DNA from: an uncultured Bacteroidales bacterium
GTDB taxonomy: Bacteria; Bacteroidota; Bacteroidia; Bacteroidales; VadinHA17
NCBI GenBank assembly: GCA_963732115.1
Contig: CAVSYN010000005.1
Span: 65,410 to 129,409, forward strand
Reading direction: 5' to 3'
Length of the DNA: 64,000 nt
Each line of letters begins with the position of its first letter. Position 1 is the first letter of the stretch. The notes beneath the pieces are model-generated. The model did not search any database. It saw only the letters and a program-made list of their open reading frames with translations, and had not been told where the DNA came from. Made by a program: the position numbers and the translations under genes. Below, piece after piece: positions 8,456 through 17,876 of this stretch.

Positions 8456-9195
8456 GACAGCAGAAGTTGAGTGAGGATTACATTGAAAAGGAGGATAAGG
8501 ACACTGCTGTAGACCACTGCTTTTGTACTTGCCCGCCCGACTTCAAGCGATCCTCCTTCAACGAAATATCCCTGAAAAGCCGATACGCTGGTTATTATAA
8601 ATGCGAAAAACAGGGTCTTAATCAGGGAGTAGGTGATGTAATAGGGAATGAATGCATATTGGATCCCGTAAACAAAATCTTCAGATGTGATTACTCCTGC
8701 CATTGTTCCGGCGATCCAGCCTCCGAAAATTCCAACGCAAATGCTTATTATGGTCAGAAAAGGATTAAACAGGAGCGTGGCGATAAGTTTGGGAAGTATA
8801 AGGTATGAAGCTGAATTAACCCCCATGGTTTCGAGAGCATCAATCTGTTCGCTAACCCTCATGGTCCCGATTTCTGATGCAATACTTGATCCGACTTTTC
8901 CCGCCAGGATAAGGGCTGCTACAGTTGAAGAGAATTCGAGGATAATCGAATCACGGCAGCCAAGGCCGATCAGGTATGTCGGATAAATAGGATTCTCCGT
9001 ATTATATGCAGTCTGCAGGGTAATTACCGCACCCATGAAAAAGGATATAATAGTGATTATTCCTACAGAATTCAGGCCGAGGAAGACCAGTTCGCGCATA
9101 GTCTGATTATAATAAACAGACGGTTTCTCGGGTTTTGATAAAACCTTTTTGAGGAGGATAAAGTAGCGCCCGAATTGCGTTAGAAATCTGAACAT
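8452..9195 (-). CDS. MlaE-family ABC transporter permease
   Basis: 247-aa polytopic membrane ORF with an MlaE-type core ([30 protein letters not shown]-like: here [30 protein letters not shown]). Translationally coupled to the ATPase. Confidence 0.85.
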   Translation of the reverse strand: [247 protein letters not shown]

Positions 9196-9280
9196 TTATT
9201 AAAAATCAGAGAGCTAAAAATACAAATATTTACTGTAATTCCTGCACAAAGGTTTAAATCAGGAATGGACAAAATAATTA

Positions 9281-9288
9281 TATATTTG
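9281..9288 (+). promoter_or_regulatory. candidate -7 box (TAnnTTTG) upstream of the mannose-1-P guanylyltransferase gene
   Basis: tatatttg lies 27 nt upstream of ORF start 9315, in an AT-rich divergent intergenic region. Confidence 0.35.
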
Positions 9289-9314
9289 CATAAAATTAAA
9301 TCATTTAAAATACT

Positions 9315-10406
9315 TTGCTGATGGACAACAGGTATGTGATTATCATGGCCGGTGGTGTAGGTAGTCGTTTCTGGCCATTGAGCCGCCGTGAACAACCAAA
9401 GCAATTTCTCGATATTCTTGGAAAAGGAGAGACCCTGTTACAGCAGACATTCAGGCGTTTCAGTTCAATCTGCAAAAAGGAGAATATTTATATTGTTACA
9501 AGTGCCGAACACAAGAGCCTGGTTACAAGTCAGCTTGATATAGATCCCGTCAATGTTCTTGCTGAGCCTTTCAGGCGGAATACTGCACCGTGCCTGGCTT
9601 ACGGTACATTCAGGATACAAAAGGAAAACGAAAAGGCTGTTATTGCCGTAACACCGGCCGATCACCTTATTATTAAAGAGGACAAATTCGTTGAGGTGAT
9701 AAAGAAAAGTTTTGAGTTTGCCGAGAAGAATGATGCTCTTCTGACTCTTGGAATTAAGCCCGACCGTCCCGAAACAGGGTACGGATACATACAGGCTGAT
9801 AAGAAAAAGCCCGTCAAAGGCTTTAATAACCTGTTGAAAGTAAAGACATTCACTGAAAAACCTGATATCGAGCTGGCTAGAGTATTTCTTGAGAGCGGTG
9901 ATTTCTTCTGGAACTCAGGAATATTCATCTGGAACATCAATTCGATACTGGCAGCATTCGAGAAACATCTGCCTGAAATGTTTTCAGCTTTTGATGAGGG
10001 CAAGGAATTTTACGGGACAAAACAGGAGAATAAATTCATTGGCAAAACCTATGCCGAGTGCCGCAGCATTTCGATCGATTACGGGATAATGGAGAAAGCC
10101 GACAACGTTTATGTTATGTGTACTGATATAGGCTGGTCGGATCTGGGGACCTGGAGCAGCCTCCACGAGCATTCGGAGGTTGATAAAAGGGGCAATTCGA
10201 TGGTAAGCGGCGAAGTCTTTTCCTACGACAGCCGCGGAAATATTTTCAATGTTTCTCCCGGGAAGATCGCTGTTGTTCAGGGCTTAAAGGATTTTATTGT
10301 TGTTGATTCAAAGGATGTCCTCTTGATCGTAAAGAAGGAAGAAGAACAGAACATCAAGCATTACCTTGAGGATGTGAAAAAAGCAACAGGGGAGAAATAT
10401 CAATGA
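9315..10406 (+). CDS. mannose-1-phosphate guanylyltransferase (nucleotidyltransferase domain only)
   Basis: 363 aa. N-terminal IIMAGGVGSRFWPLSRREQPKQFLD is the sugar-phosphate nucleotidyltransferase loop typical of ManC/GMP enzymes. There is no C-terminal cupin/isomerase extension. Confidence 0.8.
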   Translation: MLMDNRYVIIMAGGVGSRFWPLSRREQPKQFLDILGKGETLLQQTFRRFSSICKKENIYIVTSAEHKSLVTSQLDIDPVNVLAEPFRRNTAPCLAYGTFRIQKENEKAVIAVTPADHLIIKEDKFVEVIKKSFEFAEKNDALLTLGIKPDRPETGYGYIQADKKKPVKGFNNLLKVKTFTEKPDIELARVFLESGDFFWNSGIFIWNINSILAAFEKHLPEMFSAFDEGKEFYGTKQENKFIGKTYAECRSISIDYGIMEKADNVYVMCTDIGWSDLGTWSSLHEHSEVDKRGNSMVSGEVFSYDSRGNIFNVSPGKIAVVQGLKDFIVVDSKDVLLIVKKEEEQNIKHYLEDVKKATGEKYQ

Positions 10407-10428
10407 CCCCCTACCCCCCAAAGGGAGC

Positions 10429-10456
10429 AAAAAAAAGCTGCCGGAGCAGCCTTTTC
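10429..10456. terminator. bidirectional stem-loop between convergent genes
   Basis: aaaaaaaagctgc-cgga-gcagcctttt is a GC stem flanked by an A-run and a T-run. It lies between the guanylyltransferase stop (10406) and the gldN stop (10464). Confidence 0.55.
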
Positions 10457-10463
10457 TGGTTTA

Positions 10464-11288
10464 TTAGAATTCCCAAAGATCGTGTTCAAAATTAAAGAGT
10501 TCGTTTTTGATGCGTTCTGCTTCAAAAAGCGTGTACTTACCAATAGTATAATCGTTGATCATCCTGTCGTCGAAAACATTGGATTCGCCAAAGATTATAC
10601 TGCCGAATCTTCTCTGCATAAAGAGATCATCGTATGAGATCCTTTGAGCATCATTGTTTGCGAGAAATGCCTCGCTTTTTGCAAGAACATCACGAACATC
10701 ATCAAACTTGATCCAGAACAGCGGTTTGTGCAGGGCGCGACCCATCGTCTGGTCATAGCCCATCCAGTAAGGTTCAAGTCCAATGATCCTTACGTCGAGC
10801 TTTGATAATTTTTTATCAAAATACCATTCTTCGTAGATCATGAGCTGTTTCACCTCTTCAGGTCTTGCCGACAAGGTAATAACAGAGTCTTTGGTGGCTC
10901 CTTCGGCATTTAACTGGATTGTTTCAGTTTTCTGCCCTGCGCCCATCTGGACTTCAATGTCAGCATATGTAGTTGGCATATTGGTATCCTGAGGGTCGTA
11001 GGCACTAAGGCGTCCTGCCCTTATCTCTTCAAGAATGATGTTGATAAGGCTCTTCCTTCCGTCCTGTGTGTTTTTAGTTGGGTAATATAGCGGTTGGTTT
11101 ATCTTTTCCCTCAGGTCGACAAGGCGCCATATTTTCTTCGACCAGATCACATCAGCCTCTCTCAGATATGGATAATTTATCTTCTTGTTTTCCGGCATTG
11201 ATTTCTGGTATATATCGCCAAACGACTGCGCATTTGCCATACTGCCAATTGCGAGGACGATAATTCCAAAAAAGATTTTCTTATTCAT
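10464..11288 (-). CDS. gldN: gliding motility/T9SS protein GldN (PorN)
   Basis: 274 aa with a signal peptide. GldN-family N-terminal region [32 protein letters not shown]. Last gene of the gldKLMN array. Confidence 0.9.
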   Translation of the reverse strand: MNKKIFFGIIVLAIGSMANAQSFGDIYQKSMPENKKINYPYLREADVIWSKKIWRLVDLREKINQPLYYPTKNTQDGRKSLINIILEEIRAGRLSAYDPQDTNMPTTYADIEVQMGAGQKTETIQLNAEGATKDSVITLSARPEEVKQLMIYEEWYFDKKLSKLDVRIIGLEPYWMGYDQTMGRALHKPLFWIKFDDVRDVLAKSEAFLANNDAQRISYDDLFMQRRFGSIIFGESNVFDDRMINDYTIGKYTLFEAERIKNELFNFEHDLWEF

Positions 11289-11307
11289 TTTCTTAATATT
11301 TATTTTT

Positions 11308-12909
11308 CTACTCTATTTTCAATATTATAGGATTCAGATCAAGTGATCTGCCATCCGGAGCAAGGCATGTAATATCCTTTATAAAAAGGTTCTTCCCGCG
11401 GGTAAGCCGGTTGATAAGATCTTTTTGTCTTTGTGTAAGAGCACTGCCCGCGCTTTTCTCTTCAAAATCATTCCCTTTGTCTGAGTAAAGAACCGTAAAT
11501 CCTGTAACCTTATAAACAAGGTCAAAATCGAAATCGGGCTGTGTTGCATAAACCCCGGTCTGGGCTGCTGCAGTGTTCTTAGGAATATTACCGGTACTTT
11601 TACCTGCAAATACAGCAATAGGTGGTGGAATAGGCTTAACCCTGAATTCTTTAGGAGGGTAGGAAGTAGCCTTGCCACTGGCATCTGTTGCTGAAACAAT
11701 TACCTGGACATTCTGTCCTACGGCCGATGGGTTTACAGCCCAGTTTCCTCCGTAGTTCTGTCCTTTGGCGTTCTTGACCTTTTGGGTAGTTATGGTGCCA
11801 TTCACAACCCGGACTTTAATGCTGTTGGGATTTACGCCTGGAACGGATACGTCAATGGGATTCAGAATTCCTCTATACATAACGTTCACGGCAGTCGGAG
11901 AAACAACCACATTCGGTACATCCACTGTATAAGACGATGAGAAGTCATATGATTTTGTCGATCCGTCAGGAGCTTTAAGTGAGATCACGCCCCCCCACGT
12001 TTTAGTTCCTGTTGATGAAGGCCGCACTCTGTAAATTCCACGGCCGGCGTCATCCCGTGGAAGTTCGGTACCATTGACAGTAACTATTGGCAACTGGGTT
12101 GTATCAGATGCAGACAGGAAAACCTTTGCTTCATAGTCGCCGCCAACCACCACATAGTTTGAAGTAGGGATAACAACAGGTGTCACTCTGTTAAGTTTGA
12201 ACGCTGCGGCATCTATCTGGGAATAGAGGTAATTGAGTACTTCTGTCTCACCGTTCCGGACATCAACCTGCATTTTTGAAAGTAATGTTTCAACGGCAAC
12301 CAGCGGCATTGTCTGAAAAGTAAGGTTTTCCCATGCTGAAGGCTGTCCGTCAGGGTCTTTGCCATCATCAGTATTAAGACTTTTACGGAGAGCCTCCTCG
12401 GCATCCGGATTTTTCCCGTCGAGGGTTGAGATAAGGAAATCCTTGTAGTCAGTCATCAGGGCCTTCAGAGCATGGGCTTTGCCTTGTTCATTGGATCCGA
12501 TGAGGATCTGTGAAGGAACATTATTATCATCAATATGTTTCTTTACTTCATCAATTATGATCTCATTACCCTGAACAGCCTTTGTGTCCTTTCCCTCGGA
12601 AGTTGTTATAATCTCAATTTTAAGATCCTGAATAAAACTAAATATTTCATCTGAACGGTTTTTAACCTCGTAGGCAAGGTCTTTATACTTTCCTGCCTTA
12701 ATTGGGTTTTCTGCCGCTGCCCTGTCAAACTCAGCGTAGATTGCCTTATTTTTTACAATATAGTTTGCCAGAGTAGTCGAAAGACTCTTGTCAACTTTCT
12801 TAAAAGCTTCAACGGCTTCCTTTGACACGTTAAGTGCAAGCATGGCAGTAAGAATCAGGTACATCATACCGATCATCTTTTGCCGTGGTGATAGCCTCTC
12901 GTGAGCCAT
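11308..12909 (-). CDS. gldM: gliding motility/T9SS protein GldM (PorM)
   Basis: 533 aa. Hallmark N-terminus [26 protein letters not shown] (single TM) followed by a long periplasmic region. Confidence 0.9.
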   Translation of the reverse strand: MAHERLSPRQKMIGMMYLILTAMLALNVSKEAVEAFKKVDKSLSTTLANYIVKNKAIYAEFDRAAAENPIKAGKYKDLAYEVKNRSDEIFSFIQDLKIEIITTSEGKDTKAVQGNEIIIDEVKKHIDDNNVPSQILIGSNEQGKAHALKALMTDYKDFLISTLDGKNPDAEEALRKSLNTDDGKDPDGQPSAWENLTFQTMPLVAVETLLSKMQVDVRNGETEVLNYLYSQIDAAAFKLNRVTPVVIPTSNYVVVGGDYEAKVFLSASDTTQLPIVTVNGTELPRDDAGRGIYRVRPSSTGTKTWGGVISLKAPDGSTKSYDFSSSYTVDVPNVVVSPTAVNVMYRGILNPIDVSVPGVNPNSIKVRVVNGTITTQKVKNAKGQNYGGNWAVNPSAVGQNVQVIVSATDASGKATSYPPKEFRVKPIPPPIAVFAGKSTGNIPKNTAAAQTGVYATQPDFDFDLVYKVTGFTVLYSDKGNDFEEKSAGSALTQRQKDLINRLTRGKNLFIKDITCLAPDGRSLDLNPIILKIE

Positions 12910-12947
12910 TTTTTAGTCAGTTTAGGTTTTTAACAAAATGTGTCACG

Positions 12948-13829
12948 CTATTTAACATTCATTGCAGCAAGCATATTTCCATATACATTGTTTAATGCCG
13001 CCAGGTTGTCGTTAAGCTTTGTGATCTGATCACGATATTTTTTAGTGTCGCCCGATGAATCAGCAAGATCTTTTACAATAGTCTGGATACCTTTAAAGAG
13101 TGACTCTGACTCCTTCACATGATCATTTGCATCTTTGCGCTGCAGTTCATAAACAGCATTCAGAGCTGAAAGATTCTTATTAAGCGATTCCAGTTGCTGC
13201 TGGTATGATTTGCCACCCGTTTCAATCATGGAAATTGAATCAGCTATTCTTCCGTAATTTGAATTTGTGTCATTCAGAATTTTAGAGGTGTTCTGGTATG
13301 AATCGGTTAACCGACCCAGGGAATCATTTGCTGCATGGATGGTGTTCATATATTTTGCAGAAGCTGCTGAAACATCACCCATCGTATTGATATTTGACGT
13401 TGATTCACTGAGCTTTTTCATTCCAACACCCAGTTTCTGGAATAGGTCCGGGGTAATGTCGGCTCTTTCAAGCATTTCATCGAATTTCGACAGGGCAACG
13501 GAACCTCCTCCGCCACCGCCTCCTCCGATACCGGCAGCACCATACCCGCCACCACCAACGCCCCGAGCTGAACCCGGCTCTTCTTCCTGAATCCCTGCAA
13601 GTTCAGGATAGACCAGTGTCCAGTCCACCTCCTCGTGGAGAGGTTCGAATGCAGAGAAGAAGAAAATGACTGACTCTGTGCAAAGACCAATTGCAAGCAT
13701 GGTTCCTGCACCATTCCAGTGCTGTATCTTAAATAATGCACCAATAATGACGATAGAAGCACCAATACCATAGAGTTTGGCCATAAAATTCTTCCATCCG
13801 CTGGTCTGAACTATTTCTGCTAGGTTCAT
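12948..13829 (-). CDS. gldL: gliding motility/T9SS protein GldL (PorL)
   Basis: 293 aa. Two N-terminal TM helices with GldL motifs KLYGIGASIVIIGALFKIQHW and ESVIFFFSAFEP, a Gly-rich linker (GGGGYGAAGIGGGGGGGG) and a coiled-coil-like C-terminus. Confidence 0.9.
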   Translation of the reverse strand: MNLAEIVQTSGWKNFMAKLYGIGASIVIIGALFKIQHWNGAGTMLAIGLCTESVIFFFSAFEPLHEEVDWTLVYPELAGIQEEEPGSARGVGGGGYGAAGIGGGGGGGGSVALSKFDEMLERADITPDLFQKLGVGMKKLSESTSNINTMGDVSAASAKYMNTIHAANDSLGRLTDSYQNTSKILNDTNSNYGRIADSISMIETGGKSYQQQLESLNKNLSALNAVYELQRKDANDHVKESESLFKGIQTIVKDLADSSGDTKKYRDQITKLNDNLAALNNVYGNMLAAMNVK

Positions 13830-13857
13830 ATGACTGGGTATTTTAAAATTGTTTTAA

Positions 13858-15201
13858 TTATTGATTTACTCCAATATAAGATCTTACATTACGGAATCCA
13901 ATATAGGATTTTGTTGAATCCTGATATTCATAATCCCTTGAACTTGTCTGAAGGAAATATGCAATGTCCTTCCAGGAACCTCCCCTGATCACTTTCCGTT
14001 TAAGAACGGGTGGATCCTGCGGCCTTGCATTATATTCATAGTTTGGATTAAGATCGTGCTGGAAAATATATGCATCGGGATGATATGCACAGCATGTCCA
14101 TTCTGCAACATTTCCTGACATATCGAATAAGCCATATTCGTTTGGTTCATAGGAACCGACTTTTGCAGTATATACTGTGCCATCGTCAATATAGTTACCA
14201 CGAAGCGGTTTAAAGTTAGCCAGGAAGCATCCCCTGTAATTACGTGTATATGGTCCACCCCATGGGTACATCGAAAGATCGAGACCTCCTCGGGAGGCAT
14301 ATTCCCATTCAGTTTCAAGTGGCAGCCTGTATGCCTGAACATCAGCCACACCATTTTTCCTGAGTGCAGTATTCATGTAATCTGTTCTCCATCTGCTGAA
14401 TGCAGTTGCCTGCGGCCATGAAACACCAACTACCGGATAATCGTCAAATGAAGGGTGCCAGAAATAAAGATCAGCCTGGGGATCATTGAAAGAGTAAGTG
14501 AAATCCCTGATCCAGACGAGTGTATCGGGATATATATTCAGTGTATCGTGCCTGATAAATGAAGAACGGTCTTTCACCGGAGTGGCATTCCCGTTACGGT
14601 CGATAACCTGCCCTACATACTTCCATGTGTTATTGGCATAGTCGTTGACGTATTTAGCTCTAGCTGCCTGCTGATAATCAACATAGAAATATGTGTAGTT
14701 AAGTTTTCTGATATCAATCTGTTTCTTTCCGCTGAACCTCTCTTCGGGAGGGTAGTACATTTCCTCAAGGACAGCAGCGGTTGTCTCTTCTTCAGGATCA
14801 ATTTTTTCGTCCCAGTTGATAACATGAGGCTCGATCACATTGCCGTCTCTGTCAACAATAAAATAATCACGGTCGGGAACCTGTGCTTCACCAAGCTTGG
14901 TTCTGAGAATAGAATCCCGTACATAATATACGAACTGACGGTATTTATTATTTGTGATCTCCGTCTGGTCCATCCAGAATGCTTCAACAGTGACGGTTTT
15001 TGAAATAGCGTTCTGTGCAAAAACTGCATCCTGATCGCTTGGACCCATCGTAAAACTTCCTGCGGGGATGAAGGCCATTTCAAAAGGTTCCGGTTCAAAG
15101 AAATTTTTCCTGCCGGCTACCCCTGTCAGTTCTCCGTTGTTTGAAGATTTACAGCCACTTAGCAAGATTATTATCGAAGCTGAAAGGATTACCTTTTTCA
15201 T
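13858..15201 (-). CDS. gldK: gliding motility/T9SS lipoprotein GldK (PorK), FGE/SUMF1-fold
   Basis: 447 aa. Lipobox LLSGC, then GELTGV...FEPEPFEMAFIPAGSFTMG. The C-terminal sulfatase-modifying-factor-like region is RGGSWKDIAYFLQTSSR. Confidence 0.9.
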   Translation of the reverse strand: MKKVILSASIIILLSGCKSSNNGELTGVAGRKNFFEPEPFEMAFIPAGSFTMGPSDQDAVFAQNAISKTVTVEAFWMDQTEITNNKYRQFVYYVRDSILRTKLGEAQVPDRDYFIVDRDGNVIEPHVINWDEKIDPEEETTAAVLEEMYYPPEERFSGKKQIDIRKLNYTYFYVDYQQAARAKYVNDYANNTWKYVGQVIDRNGNATPVKDRSSFIRHDTLNIYPDTLVWIRDFTYSFNDPQADLYFWHPSFDDYPVVGVSWPQATAFSRWRTDYMNTALRKNGVADVQAYRLPLETEWEYASRGGLDLSMYPWGGPYTRNYRGCFLANFKPLRGNYIDDGTVYTAKVGSYEPNEYGLFDMSGNVAEWTCCAYHPDAYIFQHDLNPNYEYNARPQDPPVLKRKVIRGGSWKDIAYFLQTSSRDYEYQDSTKSYIGFRNVRSYIGVNQ

Positions 15202-15245
15202 AATTTTTTAGAATTTTGTATTGCTAGTAAGTTATTTTTTTACAA

Positions 15246-16214
15246 TCATAAAAACCGTATGCTTTTATATCTCATAGGACTTTTGCCCAGACTAAGATCG
15301 AAACAGTAATTTACCATGAACTCGTGCGACCCGCTTGTGCTTTTTCTTACATCTGATAACGGGAAATCATAGGCGTAACCAACCCTGATCCCGTTAAACA
15401 ATTCAATCCCGACTATTCCAACCACCGCATCTCCGGGTCTGTAAGAAACGCCACCCCAAACCTTTTTATTGTATCTGAGCAAAGAAGTTGCAGAAATTTG
15501 TATGACTTTTCCATCGCTTAAAGCATAAAGCGAAGGCAGTAATTCGAATGAAGGATTTGACATCTGGAGAACGTAACCAGCTGTAAGATAATAATGCCGG
15601 CTTATATACGACACACCCTTGGTGAACTTCACCCTTGGCTGGTTTATGTGCGACACTGAAAGCCCTGCATAGTACTTGTCAGTGCGGTAATATGCTCCCA
15701 AACCCGCGTCAAATGTAACCACACTTTCCTTGCTTTCGGGGATAAGCGGATCGCCTGATGGAGGTGTGAATACATCGCCTGTCGGAATTTGCCAGTCAGG
15801 ATCAAGGGTCATATTATATATGCCTGCATTTAAGCCGACGCCCAGTTTCCCCTGGCCTATTTCTGCAATATAAGCGTAAATGAGGGAGAGATTTGTATTC
15901 TTATCGAATCCGATATTATCATTTTCGACAATCAGTCCTACGCCGCTGTTTATTTTAAAAGGCGAAACAGGAGCGCTGATATTGAACAGTGTCGTTGAAG
16001 GGGCTCCCTTGAATCCGATCCATTGCTGCCTGTTCATCGCGGTTGCACATATCATTCCGGAGGTACCAGCAAAACCCGGATTATAGTTTAAAGTGCTGAA
16101 CATATAATTGCTTGTGAGGGGATCTTGCTGGGACAAGCATGGATATAAAATCAACACTAAACAAATAAATGTTGTATATAGTTTTTTCACTTCTGTATGG
16201 CGGGATAAGCCCAT
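15246..16214 (-). CDS. porP: T9SS membrane protein, PorP/SprF family
   Basis: 322 aa. After the signal peptide comes the family motif SQQDPLTSNYMFSTLNYNPGFAG. It has beta-barrel character and ends in F. Located directly upstream of gldK, as in porPKLMN operons. Confidence 0.85.
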   Translation of the reverse strand: MGLSRHTEVKKLYTTFICLVLILYPCLSQQDPLTSNYMFSTLNYNPGFAGTSGMICATAMNRQQWIGFKGAPSTTLFNISAPVSPFKINSGVGLIVENDNIGFDKNTNLSLIYAYIAEIGQGKLGVGLNAGIYNMTLDPDWQIPTGDVFTPPSGDPLIPESKESVVTFDAGLGAYYRTDKYYAGLSVSHINQPRVKFTKGVSYISRHYYLTAGYVLQMSNPSFELLPSLYALSDGKVIQISATSLLRYNKKVWGGVSYRPGDAVVGIVGIELFNGIRVGYAYDFPLSDVRKSTSGSHEFMVNYCFDLSLGKSPMRYKSIRFL

Positions 16215-16288
16215 TTATTGAACTCTAAAAGTAATAAAAAACTTAAAAGTATGAATATGAACAAACTAATATTTAAAAATTATAAACA

Positions 16289-16314
16289 TTCCGGTTCAGT
16301 TTTTCACACCGGAA
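16289..16314 (-). terminator. stem-loop downstream of the arginase-fold gene
   Basis: On the minus strand: ttccggt-gtgaaaaactga-accggaa (7-bp stem), followed by a T-rich stretch (tgtttataattttt). Confidence 0.4.
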
Positions 16315-16362
16315 TATTTTCAACATTAATTTAACGCAAAAACCATGCAATTATTGGAACAA

Positions 16363-17094
16363 TCAGGACTTTAATCTGTTCATTGCCGTGACCCATTTAT
16401 CTGGCACCTCGTTCCTGTTGGCCTTGAGATAATCGTCGTGAGAGCAGGCAACATAAATGTTTCCTTCTTTTTCATCGGGGAGCTCGATCCACCATCGTTC
16501 AGTCAGATTGCTTTTAACGAAGATAAGGTCATCCTCAAGATCGGTGACCCTGACGTGATATTTTATAAAACGTCCTGATTTGCTATTGCTTAGAACAGGA
16601 GTTTCGTATTGCTTCTGTGAAAACCCTTCAAGGAAGAACCAGAGTATCTGGGCTGCAAGACCTGTAGTCTGCGACCTGATATCCAGGTCCGGGCATACAT
16701 CAAAAAGTCCGAAAACCTTCAGGTTGTCCGAAATTCCGGCATACCTTGCCAGGAGGCAGATTTCCTCTCCATAAAAACCGTTGGCTGAGGGTATTGCAGT
16801 TCCCGGAGCATCCGATTGCCTTATGGCTGAAATATCAAATACTGCAGCATCAGAATCCCTGAAAAGCGGTTCAGTCAAATAGATCGCCTGCCTGACATCG
16901 CCTATCCTTACAAGCTCCGAGTGTCGCTTGGTAAAGCGATTGATCACCTGCTGGTCGTTAAGGTAGGTCTGGTAACCAATATTTATATAATGGCTGAAGG
17001 TGCTTTTATGATCGGAAAGGATCCTGTTCAGATAGCTGAATGAATCGGTCTTTTCAGATTCGCTTAGTGTAATCAATCCTCGGATCCACAGCAA
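16363..17094 (-). CDS. arginase/formimidoylglutamase-fold protein, C-terminal fragment (frame break near 17070)
   Basis: 243-aa ORF. It contains the ureohydrolase-type segment VFDISAIRQSDAPGT, cf. the family motif S-x-D-x-D..DP..APG. It continues the upstream fragment after a +1 shift (…AVDPRID | TLSESEKTDSF…). Confidence 0.6.
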   Translation of the reverse strand: MLWIRGLITLSESEKTDSFSYLNRILSDHKSTFSHYINIGYQTYLNDQQVINRFTKRHSELVRIGDVRQAIYLTEPLFRDSDAAVFDISAIRQSDAPGTAIPSANGFYGEEICLLARYAGISDNLKVFGLFDVCPDLDIRSQTTGLAAQILWFFLEGFSQKQYETPVLSNSKSGRFIKYHVRVTDLEDDLIFVKSNLTERWWIELPDEKEGNIYVACSHDDYLKANRNEVPDKWVTAMNRLKS

Positions 17095-17533
17095 TCAGTG
17101 TATATTTTGTCTTTTGGGATGTAAGAGCCCTGTCGATTGCAGTGACAAGTGCACTACTTCCTCCGATTATCAAAGGGAAAATATTCTCCCTTAAGAGAAT
17201 GCAAAGTATATCTTTAAGGCCTGCCAGGGTATCATTGAAAGTTGTCCCCTGTTTCATATTGCCCAGATCGATGATCTTTACCTTTCCGGGAATTTTTGCA
17301 AGATTATAAAGCTGCATCCTGATTGCATCAGGGGCTGCAGACGAACCCTGATCAGCGGAATTTCTTCCCTCAGGCACTCCGAGAATAGCCACCTTGAATC
17401 CTCTTATTTCATTTATAGGACTGTTCTCGGTATGGATACTTATGTTATGAGGAAAGCCGGCATTACCTGTCAGATTTTCGTAACCAGGTCTCTCTATGGA
17501 AACAGGATTGAAATAATCATTAAGGTTAAACAT
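17054..17533 (-). CDS. arginase/formimidoylglutamase-fold protein, N-terminal fragment
   Basis: 159-aa ORF. VAILGVPEGRNS, PLIIGGSSALV (position of the family GGDHS motif) and LIAVDPRID (position of DAHxD) align by eye with the ureohydrolase fold. Confidence 0.6.
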   Translation of the reverse strand: MFNLNDYFNPVSIERPGYENLTGNAGFPHNISIHTENSPINEIRGFKVAILGVPEGRNSADQGSSAAPDAIRMQLYNLAKIPGKVKIIDLGNMKQGTTFNDTLAGLKDILCILLRENIFPLIIGGSSALVTAIDRALTSQKTKYTLIAVDPRIDYTKRI

Positions 17534-17536
17534 GAG

Positions 17537-17731
17537 TTATCTGGAACTTTTTTTGGTTTTTTTGCTTTGTTCAATGATCCTGATACAATCCTCCTTTGTC
17601 AGCTTATCGGCTTCAGTTCCCTTTGGAAGCCTGAAGTTTTCCTTGTCCATTACAAGATATGGTCCGAATCGTCCGTTCAGTACACGGATATCGTCCAAAA
17701 TCTTTAAGGACTTTCTTCTTATCACTTTCAC
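17537..17731 (-). CDS. topA: DNA topoisomerase I, extreme C-terminal fragment (third frame)
   Basis: 64-aa ORF with the TopA C-terminal repeat LNGRFGPYLVMDKENFRLPKG. Reached from the previous fragment by a +1 shift. Confidence 0.7.
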   Translation of the reverse strand: MKVIRRKSLKILDDIRVLNGRFGPYLVMDKENFRLPKGTEADKLTKEDCIRIIEQSKKTKKSSR

Positions 17732-17876
17732 TTTTTTCCTTCACGACCGCCAGTGCTCTTTCAAGCTCGATGGTATACGGATCGTCAACCCCTTTCTTGA
17801 GGGAATAGAATTTACTCTTGTACCGGACATAAGGTCCGAACTTCCCTATGCCTGACAACCATTTCGTCTCCATCAT
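17613..17876 (-). CDS. topA: DNA topoisomerase I, C-terminal fragment (second frame)
   Basis: 87-aa ORF with the repeat GIGKFGPYVRYKSKFYSLKKGVDDPYTIELERAL. The junction reads ...GDEMVV|(x)GIGKFGPY after removal of one base near 17850. Confidence 0.7.
   Translation of the reverse strand: MMETKWLSGIGKFGPYVRYKSKFYSLKKGVDDPYTIELERALAVVKEKSESDKKKVLKDFGRYPCTERTIRTISCNGQGKLQASKGN

Noticed and set aside
13480-13570. Poly-Gly run in GldL as an anomaly or slippage hotspot
   Set aside because: Gly-rich flexible linkers after the TM hairpin are normal in GldL/PorL proteins. The frame is intact, so I did not report it as a finding.
13267-13590. 107-aa ORF with a polyproline run (PPPPPPPPIPAAPYPPPP)
   Set aside because: It is the reverse-strand reading of the poly-glycine linker of gldL (GGN codons read as NCC = Pro). 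It is not a gene.
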